A stretch of DNA of 58,342 nucleotides, taken from assembly GCA_964345385.1 (NCBI GenBank), contig CAYFQM010000003.1, positions 1-58,342 on the forward strand, written 5' to 3'. The translations under genes were made by a program, and so were the position numbers. The notes beneath the pieces are model-generated. The model did no database searches. It was not told the DNA's origin and saw only the letters and a program-made list of their open reading frames with translations. The number at the start of each line of letters is the position of its first letter. Positions within the stretch are counted from its first letter, which is position 1. Origin of the DNA: an uncultured Clostridium sp. Its GTDB lineage: Bacteria; Bacillota_I; Bacilli_A; RF39; UBA660. Positions 1 through 8,627 of the stretch are shown here, piece by piece.

Positions 1-295
1 CTATATGTCCACCATATTTTAATAGATTTTCTGTTAATCTAATTCTTATATGTACAACTCCAATAAATTTATCATCATCAACTGCAAAATAATCATACGA
101 TGGCACATAATATGATGGTAATTTTGATTGATCTCTATTATTCATAAAACTTTGCACAATATCTTTCTCATCTGGATTCATAAACATCATGTCATGTTTT
201 TTTATATTACCTAATTCTATTTGCTTTAAAGATAAAAGATAAGCTTCTTTATATTGATTTAAATATTCGTCATTAGCATCTATTAATTTTAACAT
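1..295 (-). CDS. GNAT-type acetyltransferase-like protein, N-terminal part (runs off window start)
   Basis: Minus-strand ATG at 293-295 is preceded by a GGAAGTG SD. Translation MLKLIDANDEYLNQYKEAYL...FIGVVHIRIRLTENLLKYGGHI stays open to position 1. It resembles COG3981-type predicted acetyltransferases from memory only. Confidence 0.45.
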   Translation of the reverse strand, partial: MLKLIDANDEYLNQYKEAYLLSLKQIELGNIKKHDMMFMNPDEKDIVQSFMNNRDQSKLPSYYVPSYDYFAVDDDKFIGVVHIRIRLTENLLKYGGHI

Positions 296-400
296 TATTT
301 TCACTTCCTATAAACATAATTTTTGTTCTCTCAAATTTTAATTATACTATAAAAAGAAAAGATTATCAAGGTATCCAGATAATCTTTCAAATTTTCCGTA

Positions 401-422
401 AAAACGTATCTAAAACGTATCT
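401..422. repeat. Perfect 11-bp tandem direct repeat AAAACGTATCT x2 in the spacer upstream of the acetyltransferase-like gene
   Basis: Read directly: aaaacgtatct at 401-411 and again at 412-422. Confidence 0.8.
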
Positions 423-483
423 AATGGTATTTTTCTTCCACTTTTGGATTTAGAAAAAACCTCGCAAACCCTTTGTTTATGGG

Positions 484-2973
484 CTATTTCCCGCAACACT
501 GTTTATATTTGCGTCCCGATCCACAAGGACACGGATCATTTCTTCCTATCTTTTTGTCTACTCTTTTTGGTGTACTTTTCTCTTGTTCTTTTCCATCATT
601 TGTTTGAATGTTTTTATGTTCTTCTCTTTCTATATTTTGTCTTACTATTGCATTTAATAAATATGTAGTTATTTCTCCATGAATGTTATTCATCATATTA
701 TCAAATAACTCAAAACCTTCTTTTGCATAAACTTGAAGTGGATTACTTTGAGCATAACCTCTTAATCCTACTCCTTCTTTTAAATGTTCCATAGCATCTA
801 ATTGTTCCATCCAGTTTTTATCTATTACTTTTAATGATATTGCTTTTTCAAAATCATTTTTTATTTCTTCTGGAATATCTTTTAATTTATTATTATAGTC
901 TTCTACTACTATATTATATATTGTATTTACTATTTCATTTGCTTTTTTATCTTTAATATCATCTAATTTAATTTTCTTACTTTTTAATAAATTAGCATTA
1001 AAATGCTCTAATATATTATTATAATCATTTATATTTAATTCTCCTTTATATAAACGAGAATTTATAAACCCTTCAATATAACTTTTAAAAGTATCTAAAA
1101 CCCTACTATTGATATTATCTTGATCTAATATTTCATTTCTTCTTTCATATATTATTTCTCTTTGTTTAGAAATAACATTATCATAATCAAGTAATCCTTT
1201 TCTCATATCAAAGTTAAATCCTTCTACTTTCTTTTGAGCAGTTTCTATATTTTTAGATATAACACTATTTGATATTGCTTGATCAGGTGCAATTCCTAAT
1301 GATAACATTACACTTTTCATCTTTTCAGAACCAAACTTAATCATTAAGTCATCTTCCATTGATACAAAGAATCTTGACGTACCTGGGTCTCCTTGTCTTC
1401 CAGCTCTTCCTCGTAATTGATTATCTATTCTTCTAGCATCATGTCTTTCTGTACCTATTACAAATAATCCGCCTAATTCTTTTACACCTTTTCCTAGTTT
1501 AATATCAGTTCCACGACCAGCCATATTAGTTGCAATAGTAACAGCTCCTTGTTCGCCAGCATGAGCTATTATTTCAGCTTCTCTTGCATGATTCTTAGCA
1601 TTTAATAATTCATGTTTTATTCCTGCTTTAGTTAATAATTTATCTAAAAGCTCACTTGTTTCAACTGATGCAGCACCTACTAATACAGGTCTTTTTTGTT
1701 TATGTAGTTCTTTAACTGTTTTTACTACTGCATTAAATTTACCATCAAGACCACTATATATTAAATCTACTTGATCGTCTCTAATAACTGGTTCATTTGT
1801 AGGAATACATACAACCATAGTATTATAAATATCTCTAAACTCTTCTTCTTCTGTTTTAGCTGTTCCAGTCATACCAGATAATTTATTATACATTCTAAAT
1901 AAATTTTGAAATGTTATTGTAGCTAAAGTTTTTGTTTCTTCATTTATTTCAACGTTTTCTTTTGCCTCTAACGCTTGATGAAGTCCTTCACTAAACTGCC
2001 TTCCATGCATAAGTCTTCCAGTAAAAGTATCTACTATTATAACTTCTCCATTTTGAACAACATAATCAACATCTTTCTTAAATCCATAATTAGCACTTAA
2101 TGCTTTATCTAAATTATGTACTATTCCACTGTTTTGAATATCATATAAATTATCTAGTTTAAAAAGTTCTTCACATTTATGAACTCCTTTTTCAGTTAAA
2201 GTAACTTTCTTAGTTTTTTCATCTAATACATAATCTTCTAAAGAAAGAGATTTAGCTACTCTATCTGCTTCTTTATATACAGAAGAGCTTTTAGCTGTCC
2301 CTCCACTTATTATAAGAGGAGTTCTAGCTTCATCTATTAATACAGAGTCTACTTCATCTATAATTGCAAAATTAAGTTTTCTTTGTACTCTATTTTCTTT
2401 TCTAACAACCATATTATCTCTTAGATAATCAAAACCAACTTCATTATTAGTTGTATATGTAATATCACAGTTATATGCTTCTTCTTTTTCTTTTGGAGAT
2501 TTATCTCTTAAGTTTATCCCAACGCTTACTCCTAAATAATCATATATTGGACCCATCCATTCTGCATTACGAGTAGACAAATATTCATTAGTTGTTACAA
2601 CATGTACTCCTTTACCTTCTAATGCATTTAAATAAGCTGGTAAAACAGTAGTTAAAGTTTTACCTTCACCAGTTTTCATCTCAGCTATATTTCCTCTATG
2701 AATAGCTATAGCACCTATTAATTGCACTCTATATGGTTTTTCTTTAATCATTCTAAAACAAGCTTCTCTTGCTACCGCAAAAGCTTCTACTAATATATCA
2801 TCTAAAGATTCACCATTAACTAATCTTTTCTTAAATTCTTCTGTCTTAGCTTTTAATTCTACATCTTTCATTTTAGACATAGTTTCATCTAATTTCTCTA
2901 TTTCATCAACTAATTTATTTATCTTTTTTAATTCTTTAGTTTCATAATCAAATATACTTTTTAATAATTTCAT
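484..2973 (-). CDS. secA: Preprotein translocase ATPase SecA
   Basis: 829-aa ORF with the Walker A motif MKTGEGKT, DEVDS, TNMAGRGTDI, and a C-terminal zinc motif CPCGSGRKYKQCCG. Confidence 0.97.
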   Translation of the reverse strand: MKLLKSIFDYETKELKKINKLVDEIEKLDETMSKMKDVELKAKTEEFKKRLVNGESLDDILVEAFAVAREACFRMIKEKPYRVQLIGAIAIHRGNIAEMKTGEGKTLTTVLPAYLNALEGKGVHVVTTNEYLSTRNAEWMGPIYDYLGVSVGINLRDKSPKEKEEAYNCDITYTTNNEVGFDYLRDNMVVRKENRVQRKLNFAIIDEVDSVLIDEARTPLIISGGTAKSSSVYKEADRVAKSLSLEDYVLDEKTKKVTLTEKGVHKCEELFKLDNLYDIQNSGIVHNLDKALSANYGFKKDVDYVVQNGEVIIVDTFTGRLMHGRQFSEGLHQALEAKENVEINEETKTLATITFQNLFRMYNKLSGMTGTAKTEEEEFRDIYNTMVVCIPTNEPVIRDDQVDLIYSGLDGKFNAVVKTVKELHKQKRPVLVGAASVETSELLDKLLTKAGIKHELLNAKNHAREAEIIAHAGEQGAVTIATNMAGRGTDIKLGKGVKELGGLFVIGTERHDARRIDNQLRGRAGRQGDPGTSRFFVSMEDDLMIKFGSEKMKSVMLSLGIAPDQAISNSVISKNIETAQKKVEGFNFDMRKGLLDYDNVISKQREIIYERRNEILDQDNINSRVLDTFKSYIEGFINSRLYKGELNINDYNNILEHFNANLLKSKKIKLDDIKDKKANEIVNTIYNIVVEDYNNKLKDIPEEIKNDFEKAISLKVIDKNWMEQLDAMEHLKEGVGLRGYAQSNPLQVYAKEGFELFDNMMNNIHGEITTYLLNAIVRQNIEREEHKNIQTNDGKEQEKSTPKRVDKKIGRNDPCPCGSGRKYKQCCGK

Positions 2974-3010
2974 ATGCTTCTCCCATCAGTAAATATTATA
3001 TCAAATTAAA

Positions 3011-3039
3011 AAGAATAATTAAAGATACTCATTATTCTT
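3011..3039 (-). terminator. Hairpin terminator downstream of hpf
   Basis: aagaataat (3011-3019) pairs with attattctt (3031-3039), a 9-bp stem with A/T runs on both sides. Confidence 0.5.
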
Positions 3040-3059
3040 TTTATTTTATAATTATTATA

Positions 3060-3584
3060 TTAATTAGCCTCTATTATTCCATAATCTCCATCTTTTCTTT
3101 TATATACTACATTTATTTTATTATCTTCTACATTTTTAAATACAAAGAATGAGTGTCCCAATAATTCCATTTGAGTAATTGCTTCTTCTTCATCAATAGG
3201 TTTTAAATATATTTCTTTTCTTTTAACTATTTTTTCTTCTAATTCAATATCATCTTCATCTATTAATAATGGTTCAGATGAATCTTCTCTTCTTTTAGCG
3301 GTCAACTTATCTTTATATCTTCTAAATTGTTTTTCTAATTTATCTAAAACTAAGTCTATAGCTACATATAAATTTTCTTGTTCATCTTCTGCTCTTACAA
3401 AATAATGCCCATTCCATACAGTAACTTCAACTTTTTGTTTTAATCCTTTAACAGATACTATAACTTTCGCATCACTTTCTTTACTATTATCTAAATATTT
3501 TTCTATTCTTTGTAGTTTATTAACAATATAATCATGAATTGCTTCAGTTATCTCTATTTTATTTCCTCTAACATTTATTTTCAT
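3060..3584 (-). CDS. hpf: Ribosome hibernation promoting factor, long form
   Basis: 174 aa. N-terminal MKINVRGNKIEITEAIHDYIVNKL (sigma54-modulation/YfiA fold) plus a C-terminal dimerisation domain ...VFKNVEDNKINVVYKRKDGDYGIIE. GGAGGATG SD and a TGTTATAAT promoter lie upstream. Confidence 0.9.
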   Translation of the reverse strand: MKINVRGNKIEITEAIHDYIVNKLQRIEKYLDNSKESDAKVIVSVKGLKQKVEVTVWNGHYFVRAEDEQENLYVAIDLVLDKLEKQFRRYKDKLTAKRREDSSEPLLIDEDDIELEEKIVKRKEIYLKPIDEEEAITQMELLGHSFFVFKNVEDNKINVVYKRKDGDYGIIEAN

Positions 3585-3628
3585 ACATCATCCTCCTATT
3601 AAATTATAACATAATATATTATGTCATT

Positions 3629-4354
3629 TCAAATGTTTTTATCCTTAAAATAATCTATTAATTCTTTCTTATGACTTCGAGAAATAACATGTTCAAAACT
3701 TCCATCTTTAAACAATACAAAATTATCTTTCCAATTTATTTCTATAACATTTCTCATGTTTATATATACTCCTTTTGTACTGTGAATAAAACATGACGGT
3801 AATTTTTCTTTAATACTACATAAATTTTTATTTATATAATAAACATTATTTTCAGTTACTATACATATTTTTCTCCCTTCTTTTTTAATAAAATTAATTA
3901 AATTATATTCGATTGCATATTCTTTCTTCTTATAATAAAGAAACATTTTTTCACTACATTTTAACACATCTAAACAAAGATCTATGTCTTTAAATAATGC
4001 CTCTTTTAAATTGTAATCTTTAATTAAAAAATCAAATATTTGATATTTTTTAGTATATAACTCATAAATATGAGCAGAATAAGAGCTGCATATTAATATA
4101 GGACTTTTCCAATCATTAATATTTCTTCTTATATATTTAATTAATTCAATTCCATTTGTTTTAGGTAAATCAATATCTATTAAATATATAGTTTTTGTAT
4201 AATGGTTTTTAATGTATTTTATAAATTTATCACTTATATTAGTGCACGCAATAATATTAAATGTAATCTTTTTTATCTTAGAATAATAAATAACTACTCT
4301 TTTTATATAATCTAAAGTAAATAAATCATCTTCTACAATAACAAAATCATACAT
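3629..4354 (-). CDS. LytR/AgrA-family response regulator (receiver plus LytTR DNA-binding domain), with no histidine kinase nearby
   Basis: Receiver-like N-terminus (VEDD acidic pair, YLIDIDLP acceptor Asp, FLIKD Lys). The C-terminus looks like a LytTR domain (YYINKNLCSIKEKLPSCFIHSTKGVYINMRNV). Confidence 0.75.
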   Translation of the reverse strand: MYDFVIVEDDLFTLDYIKRVVIYYSKIKKITFNIIACTNISDKFIKYIKNHYTKTIYLIDIDLPKTNGIELIKYIRRNINDWKSPILICSSYSAHIYELYTKKYQIFDFLIKDYNLKEALFKDIDLCLDVLKCSEKMFLYYKKKEYAIEYNLINFIKKEGRKICIVTENNVYYINKNLCSIKEKLPSCFIHSTKGVYINMRNVIEINWKDNFVLFKDGSFEHVISRSHKKELIDYFKDKNI

Positions 4355-4365
4355 TATATATAAAC

Positions 4366-4494
4366 TTATAAATGAAGCGTTGTAGTAAACATATTTTTAA
4401 AAAAACAAATTGCTATATATATAATAATATTAATTTTACAATAAAAAATTAGATGTACTAATAAAACGAAATTTTTATTTAATTTTCTTTTCAT
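4366..4494 (-). CDS. Unannotated 42-codon ORF for a small hydrophobic peptide directly upstream of the LytTR regulator
   Basis: Hand translation gives GAGGAAAT SD, 2 nt, then ATG (4492-4494). Product is MKRKLNKNFVLLVHLIFYCKINIIIYIAICFFKNMFTTTLHL, with TAA at 4366-4368, 11 nt before the regulator ATG. It falls below the ORF-track length cutoff. Confidence 0.35.
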   Translation of the reverse strand: MKRKLNKNFVLLVHLIFYCKINIIIYIAICFFKNMFTTTLHL

Positions 4495-4650
4495 GATTTC
4501 CTCTATAATATATTATCACATTTATATTATATATGTAAAAGTTATATAACTATTTAATTTTAATAAATTCAATTGTATAATTATATTATACTGGCTAACT
4601 AATAAGACTTTACGTTTTTTTATATTTCACTACAAAAATTTCATTAAATG

Positions 4651-4659
4651 TGTTATAAT
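4651..4659 (+). promoter_or_regulatory. Extended -10 promoter element (TGTTATAAT) for the Abi/htrA transcription unit
   Basis: tgttataat at 4651-4659, about 24 nt upstream of the AGGAGA SD of the 4683 ORF. Confidence 0.4.
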
Positions 4660-4682
4660 TTCATATGTAATAGGAGAATAAA

Positions 4683-5615
4683 ATGAGGGCTAAAACATTT
4701 AAAACATTAGATGAACAAATAGAAATTCTTAAAAATAAAGGTTTAATAATTACTGATTATGATCATACAAAAGAAACATTACTAAGAGAAAATTATTTTT
4801 TTATAAATGGATATAGAAGTCCTTTTTTTCAACCAGGTACTAAAAAATTTATTGAAGGAACTACTTTTGAAGAGTTATATTCTTTATTTACGTTTGATAG
4901 ATATTTTAGGAATGTATTATTTAAAAATATTTTAATAGTTGAAAATAACTATAAATCAATTTTTAGCTATGTACTAAGTAAAAAATACGGTTATAAAGAA
5001 AAAGAATATTTAAATGTTAAAAATTTTGGTAATAAAAAAGAACAACATAGGCAAATAAACGATTTAATAAGAAAAATAAAAAGACAAATTAGAATAAATG
5101 GAACACAGCATGATGCTACTTCACACTATATAAACAATTATGGCTATATACCAATGTGGGTAGGAATAAAAGTTCTTAGTTTTGGTTTGGTAAGTGAATG
5201 TTTTTCTATATTAATAGAAGTAGATAGAGAAGAAATTTCTTCTTATTATAACAATATTAATACTGAAACACTGGAAGACTACTTAAATGTAGTTTCAAAT
5301 TATAGAAATATATGTGCTCATGAAGATATATTATTTAATCATAGAACTCAAAAAGACTTACCAGAAACAAAATATCATAATTTATTAAATATACCTAAAT
5401 TAGATGGAGAATATATATATGGGATGCATGATATATTTGCTTTAATAATAATATTAAAGCATCTATTAACACCTACTGATTTTAAAATGATGATGAATGA
5501 AGTAAATTATGAAATAGAATGGTTAAGTCAAAAACTAAAAAGTATAAATATTAGTAAAATTCTTTATAGAATGGGATTTCCAAGTAATTATAAAGATATT
5601 ACTCAAATGAATTAG
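4683..5615 (+). CDS. Abi_2 (AbiD/AbiF-like) abortive-infection family protein
   Basis: 310 aa with family hallmarks as I recall them: NYFFINGYR, FDRYFRNVLF, PMWVGIKVLSFGL and SNYRNICAHEDILFN (RNxxAH motif). Confidence 0.8.
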   Translation: MRAKTFKTLDEQIEILKNKGLIITDYDHTKETLLRENYFFINGYRSPFFQPGTKKFIEGTTFEELYSLFTFDRYFRNVLFKNILIVENNYKSIFSYVLSKKYGYKEKEYLNVKNFGNKKEQHRQINDLIRKIKRQIRINGTQHDATSHYINNYGYIPMWVGIKVLSFGLVSECFSILIEVDREEISSYYNNINTETLEDYLNVVSNYRNICAHEDILFNHRTQKDLPETKYHNLLNIPKLDGEYIYGMHDIFALIIILKHLLTPTDFKMMMNEVNYEIEWLSQKLKSINISKILYRMGFPSNYKDITQMN

Positions 5616-5623
5616 GAGGAAAT

Positions 5624-6688
5624 ATGAAAAAGAAATTAATTGGTATTATTGTATTAATCATTATTGGAGGTATATTAGGTTTTTTTGCTTGCTATATTAT
5701 TTATGATGGAAAGCAAATTAAGCAAACAATAAAAAAAGAAGTAACAGTTAATGAAAACGGTATAGCTGATGGTATTGAAGCTATATATAAAGCAGTAGTT
5801 ACTGTTGAAAATCATCAATTTTCTAAAATTTATAGTATCGGAAGTGGTTTTGTATATGATAAAAAAGGCTTAATTATAACTAATTATCATGTTGTTGATG
5901 GCGCAACTGAAATAAAAGTTATTTTAGCAAATGGAGATGCAATTACTGCTAAATATATTGGAGGAGACGCATATGCAGATATAGCAGTATTAGAAATAGA
6001 TGCAAAATACATATTAGATGTTGCTAAAATAGGAGATAATACTAAAACTAGAATTGGTGATACAGTTTTTGCAATCGGTTCACCAGTGAGCCTAGAATAT
6101 GCAGGAACAGTAACAAGAGGAGTATTAAGTGGAAAAAACAGGATGGTAAATGTATCAAGCGGTTTATTTGGTACAAATAATTGGATAATGAATGTAATGC
6201 AAACTGATGCAGCAATTAATCCAGGAAATAGTGGCGGTCCATTATGTAATGTTAATGGCGAAGTAATTGGTGTATGTAATATGAAAATAGTACAGAATTC
6301 AACCGAAAGTTTAGGTTTTGCAATTCCTATTGAAGATGCAATTAAATGGGCTAATAAAATTGTTAATAATGAAGAAATTAAAAGACCGTTTCTAGGAATA
6401 GAAATGCAAAACATAGCATCTTTATCTACTGACTATTTAAGAAAAGAAAAAATTAGCAATAATATCAAAAGTGGAGTTTTTGTTGCTAATGTTTTAGATG
6501 ACACACCAGCTAAAAAAGCAGGTATTAAAAATTCAGATGTAATCGTAAAATTTAATAATAATGAAATAGATAACGTTGCTCAATTAAGATATTACTTATA
6601 TCAACATGAACCTGGTGATATAATTAATTTAACAATAATTAGAAAAGAAACTGAAAAAACAATAAAAATTACATTAGGAGAACAATAA
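5624..6688 (+). CDS. htrA: HtrA/DegP-family serine protease with N-terminal membrane anchor and C-terminal PDZ domain
   Basis: Catalytic triad context TNYHVV, DIAVLEI, GNSGGPL. PDZ-like GVFVANVLDDTPAKKAGIKNSDVIV. AGGAGGAAAT SD lies 8 nt after the Abi stop codon. Confidence 0.9.
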   Translation: MKKKLIGIIVLIIIGGILGFFACYIIYDGKQIKQTIKKEVTVNENGIADGIEAIYKAVVTVENHQFSKIYSIGSGFVYDKKGLIITNYHVVDGATEIKVILANGDAITAKYIGGDAYADIAVLEIDAKYILDVAKIGDNTKTRIGDTVFAIGSPVSLEYAGTVTRGVLSGKNRMVNVSSGLFGTNNWIMNVMQTDAAINPGNSGGPLCNVNGEVIGVCNMKIVQNSTESLGFAIPIEDAIKWANKIVNNEEIKRPFLGIEMQNIASLSTDYLRKEKISNNIKSGVFVANVLDDTPAKKAGIKNSDVIVKFNNNEIDNVAQLRYYLYQHEPGDIINLTIIRKETEKTIKITLGEQ

Positions 6689-6733
6689 AATAAACTGTTT
6701 TTCTATACTAACAAAATATATGAAGGTGATAGA

Positions 6734-8155
6734 ATGAAAAAAAACATATTATTTTTAATTAATGGATTTGGAGTAGAACAAAAAGACTCAGTTAATATTT
6801 ATTCTAAAGAAGTTATGCCTAATTTAGATAATCTTACTACTGAGGGATTTTTCACGACTCTTGCAAGCAAAGAATTAGATTACAAAGATGGCTATAGAAA
6901 ATTTAGTATAGGTATAAATGAAAGTTTATCTTATAGCGTAGTAGATAACTGTATCTTTAATGAAACTTTTAATAATATCCCATTATTTAAAAAAATTGTA
7001 GAGGATAATAATTCTTTAAAATCTAAATTACATATCTTTTGTTTTTATGAAAGTTCAAGAACTATTGATCATCTATTTAATTATTTAAAATTATATATAT
7101 CACCTAACGTTAAAGTTTTTATACATGTTATATTATGTCAAAAATCAATAAGTGAATATAAACATATGAGTCCAGTACTTACTAAATTAAATTATGAGTT
7201 TCCTAATGTTAAAATAGGTTTTATAACCGGACTTTCAACTCTTTCGGATCAAGTAAAATTAAAAGAAGTGGAAAAATCACTTCTTACTGAATTAGGAGAA
7301 CAATGGAAGGATTTATCTAAAAAATTAGAAGTATTTTCAAACAATAACACTTATCCTTATGACGCTAGAACTTTTAATGTAACTCAAGGATTTAAACTTG
7401 AAAACAATGACCAAATACTATTATTTAATTATTCTTATGTAGATTTAACTTTTTTTGAAAATATATTTAAAGGAAGAAAATTTAATGAATTAGATTTTAA
7501 CACCATTAAAATGTATTCATTATTTCCTGTTAAAACAACTATGTCAATCCCATTTGTATTTAATTATGCTGTGTCTTCCACTCATGCTTTAAACTCATTA
7601 AAAACAATAAATGCTTCTTGTTTAATATTAGATGAGGCTTCAAAGTGTCAATATATTAATAACTATATGACGGGACTTAGAAATATAGCAGATCCAGCTA
7701 TAAAATATTTATCATTTACAGATGATATAAAATATAGTCCAGAAAAAATACTAGGTATTATTCTTAACTATAAACAAGATTTAATAATATTTAATTATGA
7801 AATAATAAGTTCTAAAAATGTAGAAGAAATTAAAGAAAGACTATCTAAAATTGATACAGTTATTGGACATGTAGTTAATTTAGTAAAACAAAACAATTAT
7901 GCATTAATAATTTCATCACTATATGGATATCAATCAGAACTATATAATAAAAAAATGGAAATATGCACTGTAAACTTTAGTACTAAAGTACCATTAATTT
8001 TATTAGATACATCATTAAATAAAAATAAATATAGGATTGAAGAAGGAAATATTTTTGATATGGCTAACACTATCTTTAAAAATATTAATCCTAATTTTAA
8101 AGGTTATAGTCTTATTAAAAGAAAAAGTAGATTACTTTCAATCTTTTATAAATAA
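6734..8155 (+). CDS. Cofactor-independent phosphoglycerate mutase (GpmI)-like protein with degenerate active-site motifs
   Basis: Colinear with GpmI as I remember it. LFLINGFG aligns to IILDGFG, LHIFCFYES...HLFNYLKL to LHLFGLLSDGGVHSH..HL, VFIHVIL to VYIHGFLDGRD, and ALIISSLYGY to AIITADHGNA. The catalytic Asp, Ser and His positions are substituted. Confidence 0.55.
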   Translation: MKKNILFLINGFGVEQKDSVNIYSKEVMPNLDNLTTEGFFTTLASKELDYKDGYRKFSIGINESLSYSVVDNCIFNETFNNIPLFKKIVEDNNSLKSKLHIFCFYESSRTIDHLFNYLKLYISPNVKVFIHVILCQKSISEYKHMSPVLTKLNYEFPNVKIGFITGLSTLSDQVKLKEVEKSLLTELGEQWKDLSKKLEVFSNNNTYPYDARTFNVTQGFKLENNDQILLFNYSYVDLTFFENIFKGRKFNELDFNTIKMYSLFPVKTTMSIPFVFNYAVSSTHALNSLKTINASCLILDEASKCQYINNYMTGLRNIADPAIKYLSFTDDIKYSPEKILGIILNYKQDLIIFNYEIISSKNVEEIKERLSKIDTVIGHVVNLVKQNNYALIISSLYGYQSELYNKKMEICTVNFSTKVPLILLDTSLNKNKYRIEEGNIFDMANTIFKNINPNFKGYSLIKRKSRLLSIFYK

Positions 8156-8176
8156 CAATTATATTATGGAGGATAT

Positions 8177-8605
8177 ATGAAATTTGGAATAGCAAACGAT
8201 CACTCTGGTGTAATACTTAAAAATAGAATAATACACTATTTAAAGCAAAAACAAATAGATGTAATCAATTATGGAACAGACGATATTAAAAGTGTTGATT
8301 ATGTAGATTATGCTGTTAAATTATGTGAAAAAGTAATAAAAAAAGAAGTTGATTATGGAATATTAATATGTAAAACTGGTAATGGAATGTGTATTGCTGC
8401 AAATAAAGTAAAAGGGATAAGATGTGCAAAAATTAATAATAAAGAAGAAGCAAGACTCGCTAAAAATCATAATATGGCTAATGTTGTTTCTTTTCCTGCT
8501 AGTATAAAAAATATTAAAGCTATACTCAATACATTTATTAATACAGAAAACTCTAAAGAAGAAAGACACATTAGAAGAGTAAATAAATTAATGAATATAA
8601 AATAA
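8177..8605 (+). CDS. rpiB: Ribose-5-phosphate isomerase B / LacAB-family sugar-phosphate isomerase
   Basis: 142 aa. MKFGIANDHSG..., ILICKTGNGMCIAANK (active-site Cys context), and ARLAKNHNMANVVSFPA. Confidence 0.85.
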   Translation: MKFGIANDHSGVILKNRIIHYLKQKQIDVINYGTDDIKSVDYVDYAVKLCEKVIKKEVDYGILICKTGNGMCIAANKVKGIRCAKINNKEEARLAKNHNMANVVSFPASIKNIKAILNTFINTENSKEERHIRRVNKLMNIK

Positions 8606-8610
8606 AAAAA

Positions 8611-8627
8611 ACACTTATTTAAGTGTT
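8611..8627. terminator. Bidirectional hairpin between the convergent rpiB and phosphoesterase genes
   Basis: acactta ttt aagtgt, flanked by an A8 run upstream and a T6 run downstream. It overlaps the stop codon of the minus-strand gene. Confidence 0.5.

Noticed and set aside
444-668. 74-aa plus-strand ORF at the secA 3-prime end
   Set aside because: It overlaps the secA C-terminal coding region on the opposite strand, has no SD, and has low-complexity Leu/Phe-rich content.
5887-6414. 175-aa minus-strand ORF antisense to htrA. Similar long antisense ORFs: 9543-10127, 10276-10641, 13525-13887, 39589-40173, 40962-41306, 42327-42737, 57044-57379 and 57548-58048
   Set aside because: Each lies entirely within, and opposite to, a strongly supported conserved gene (htrA, rpsI/rplM, the transporter, gyrB, gyrA, tilS, ftsH). 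Their products are low-complexity and hydrophobic, with no SD. They are shadow ORFs typical of AT-rich genomes.
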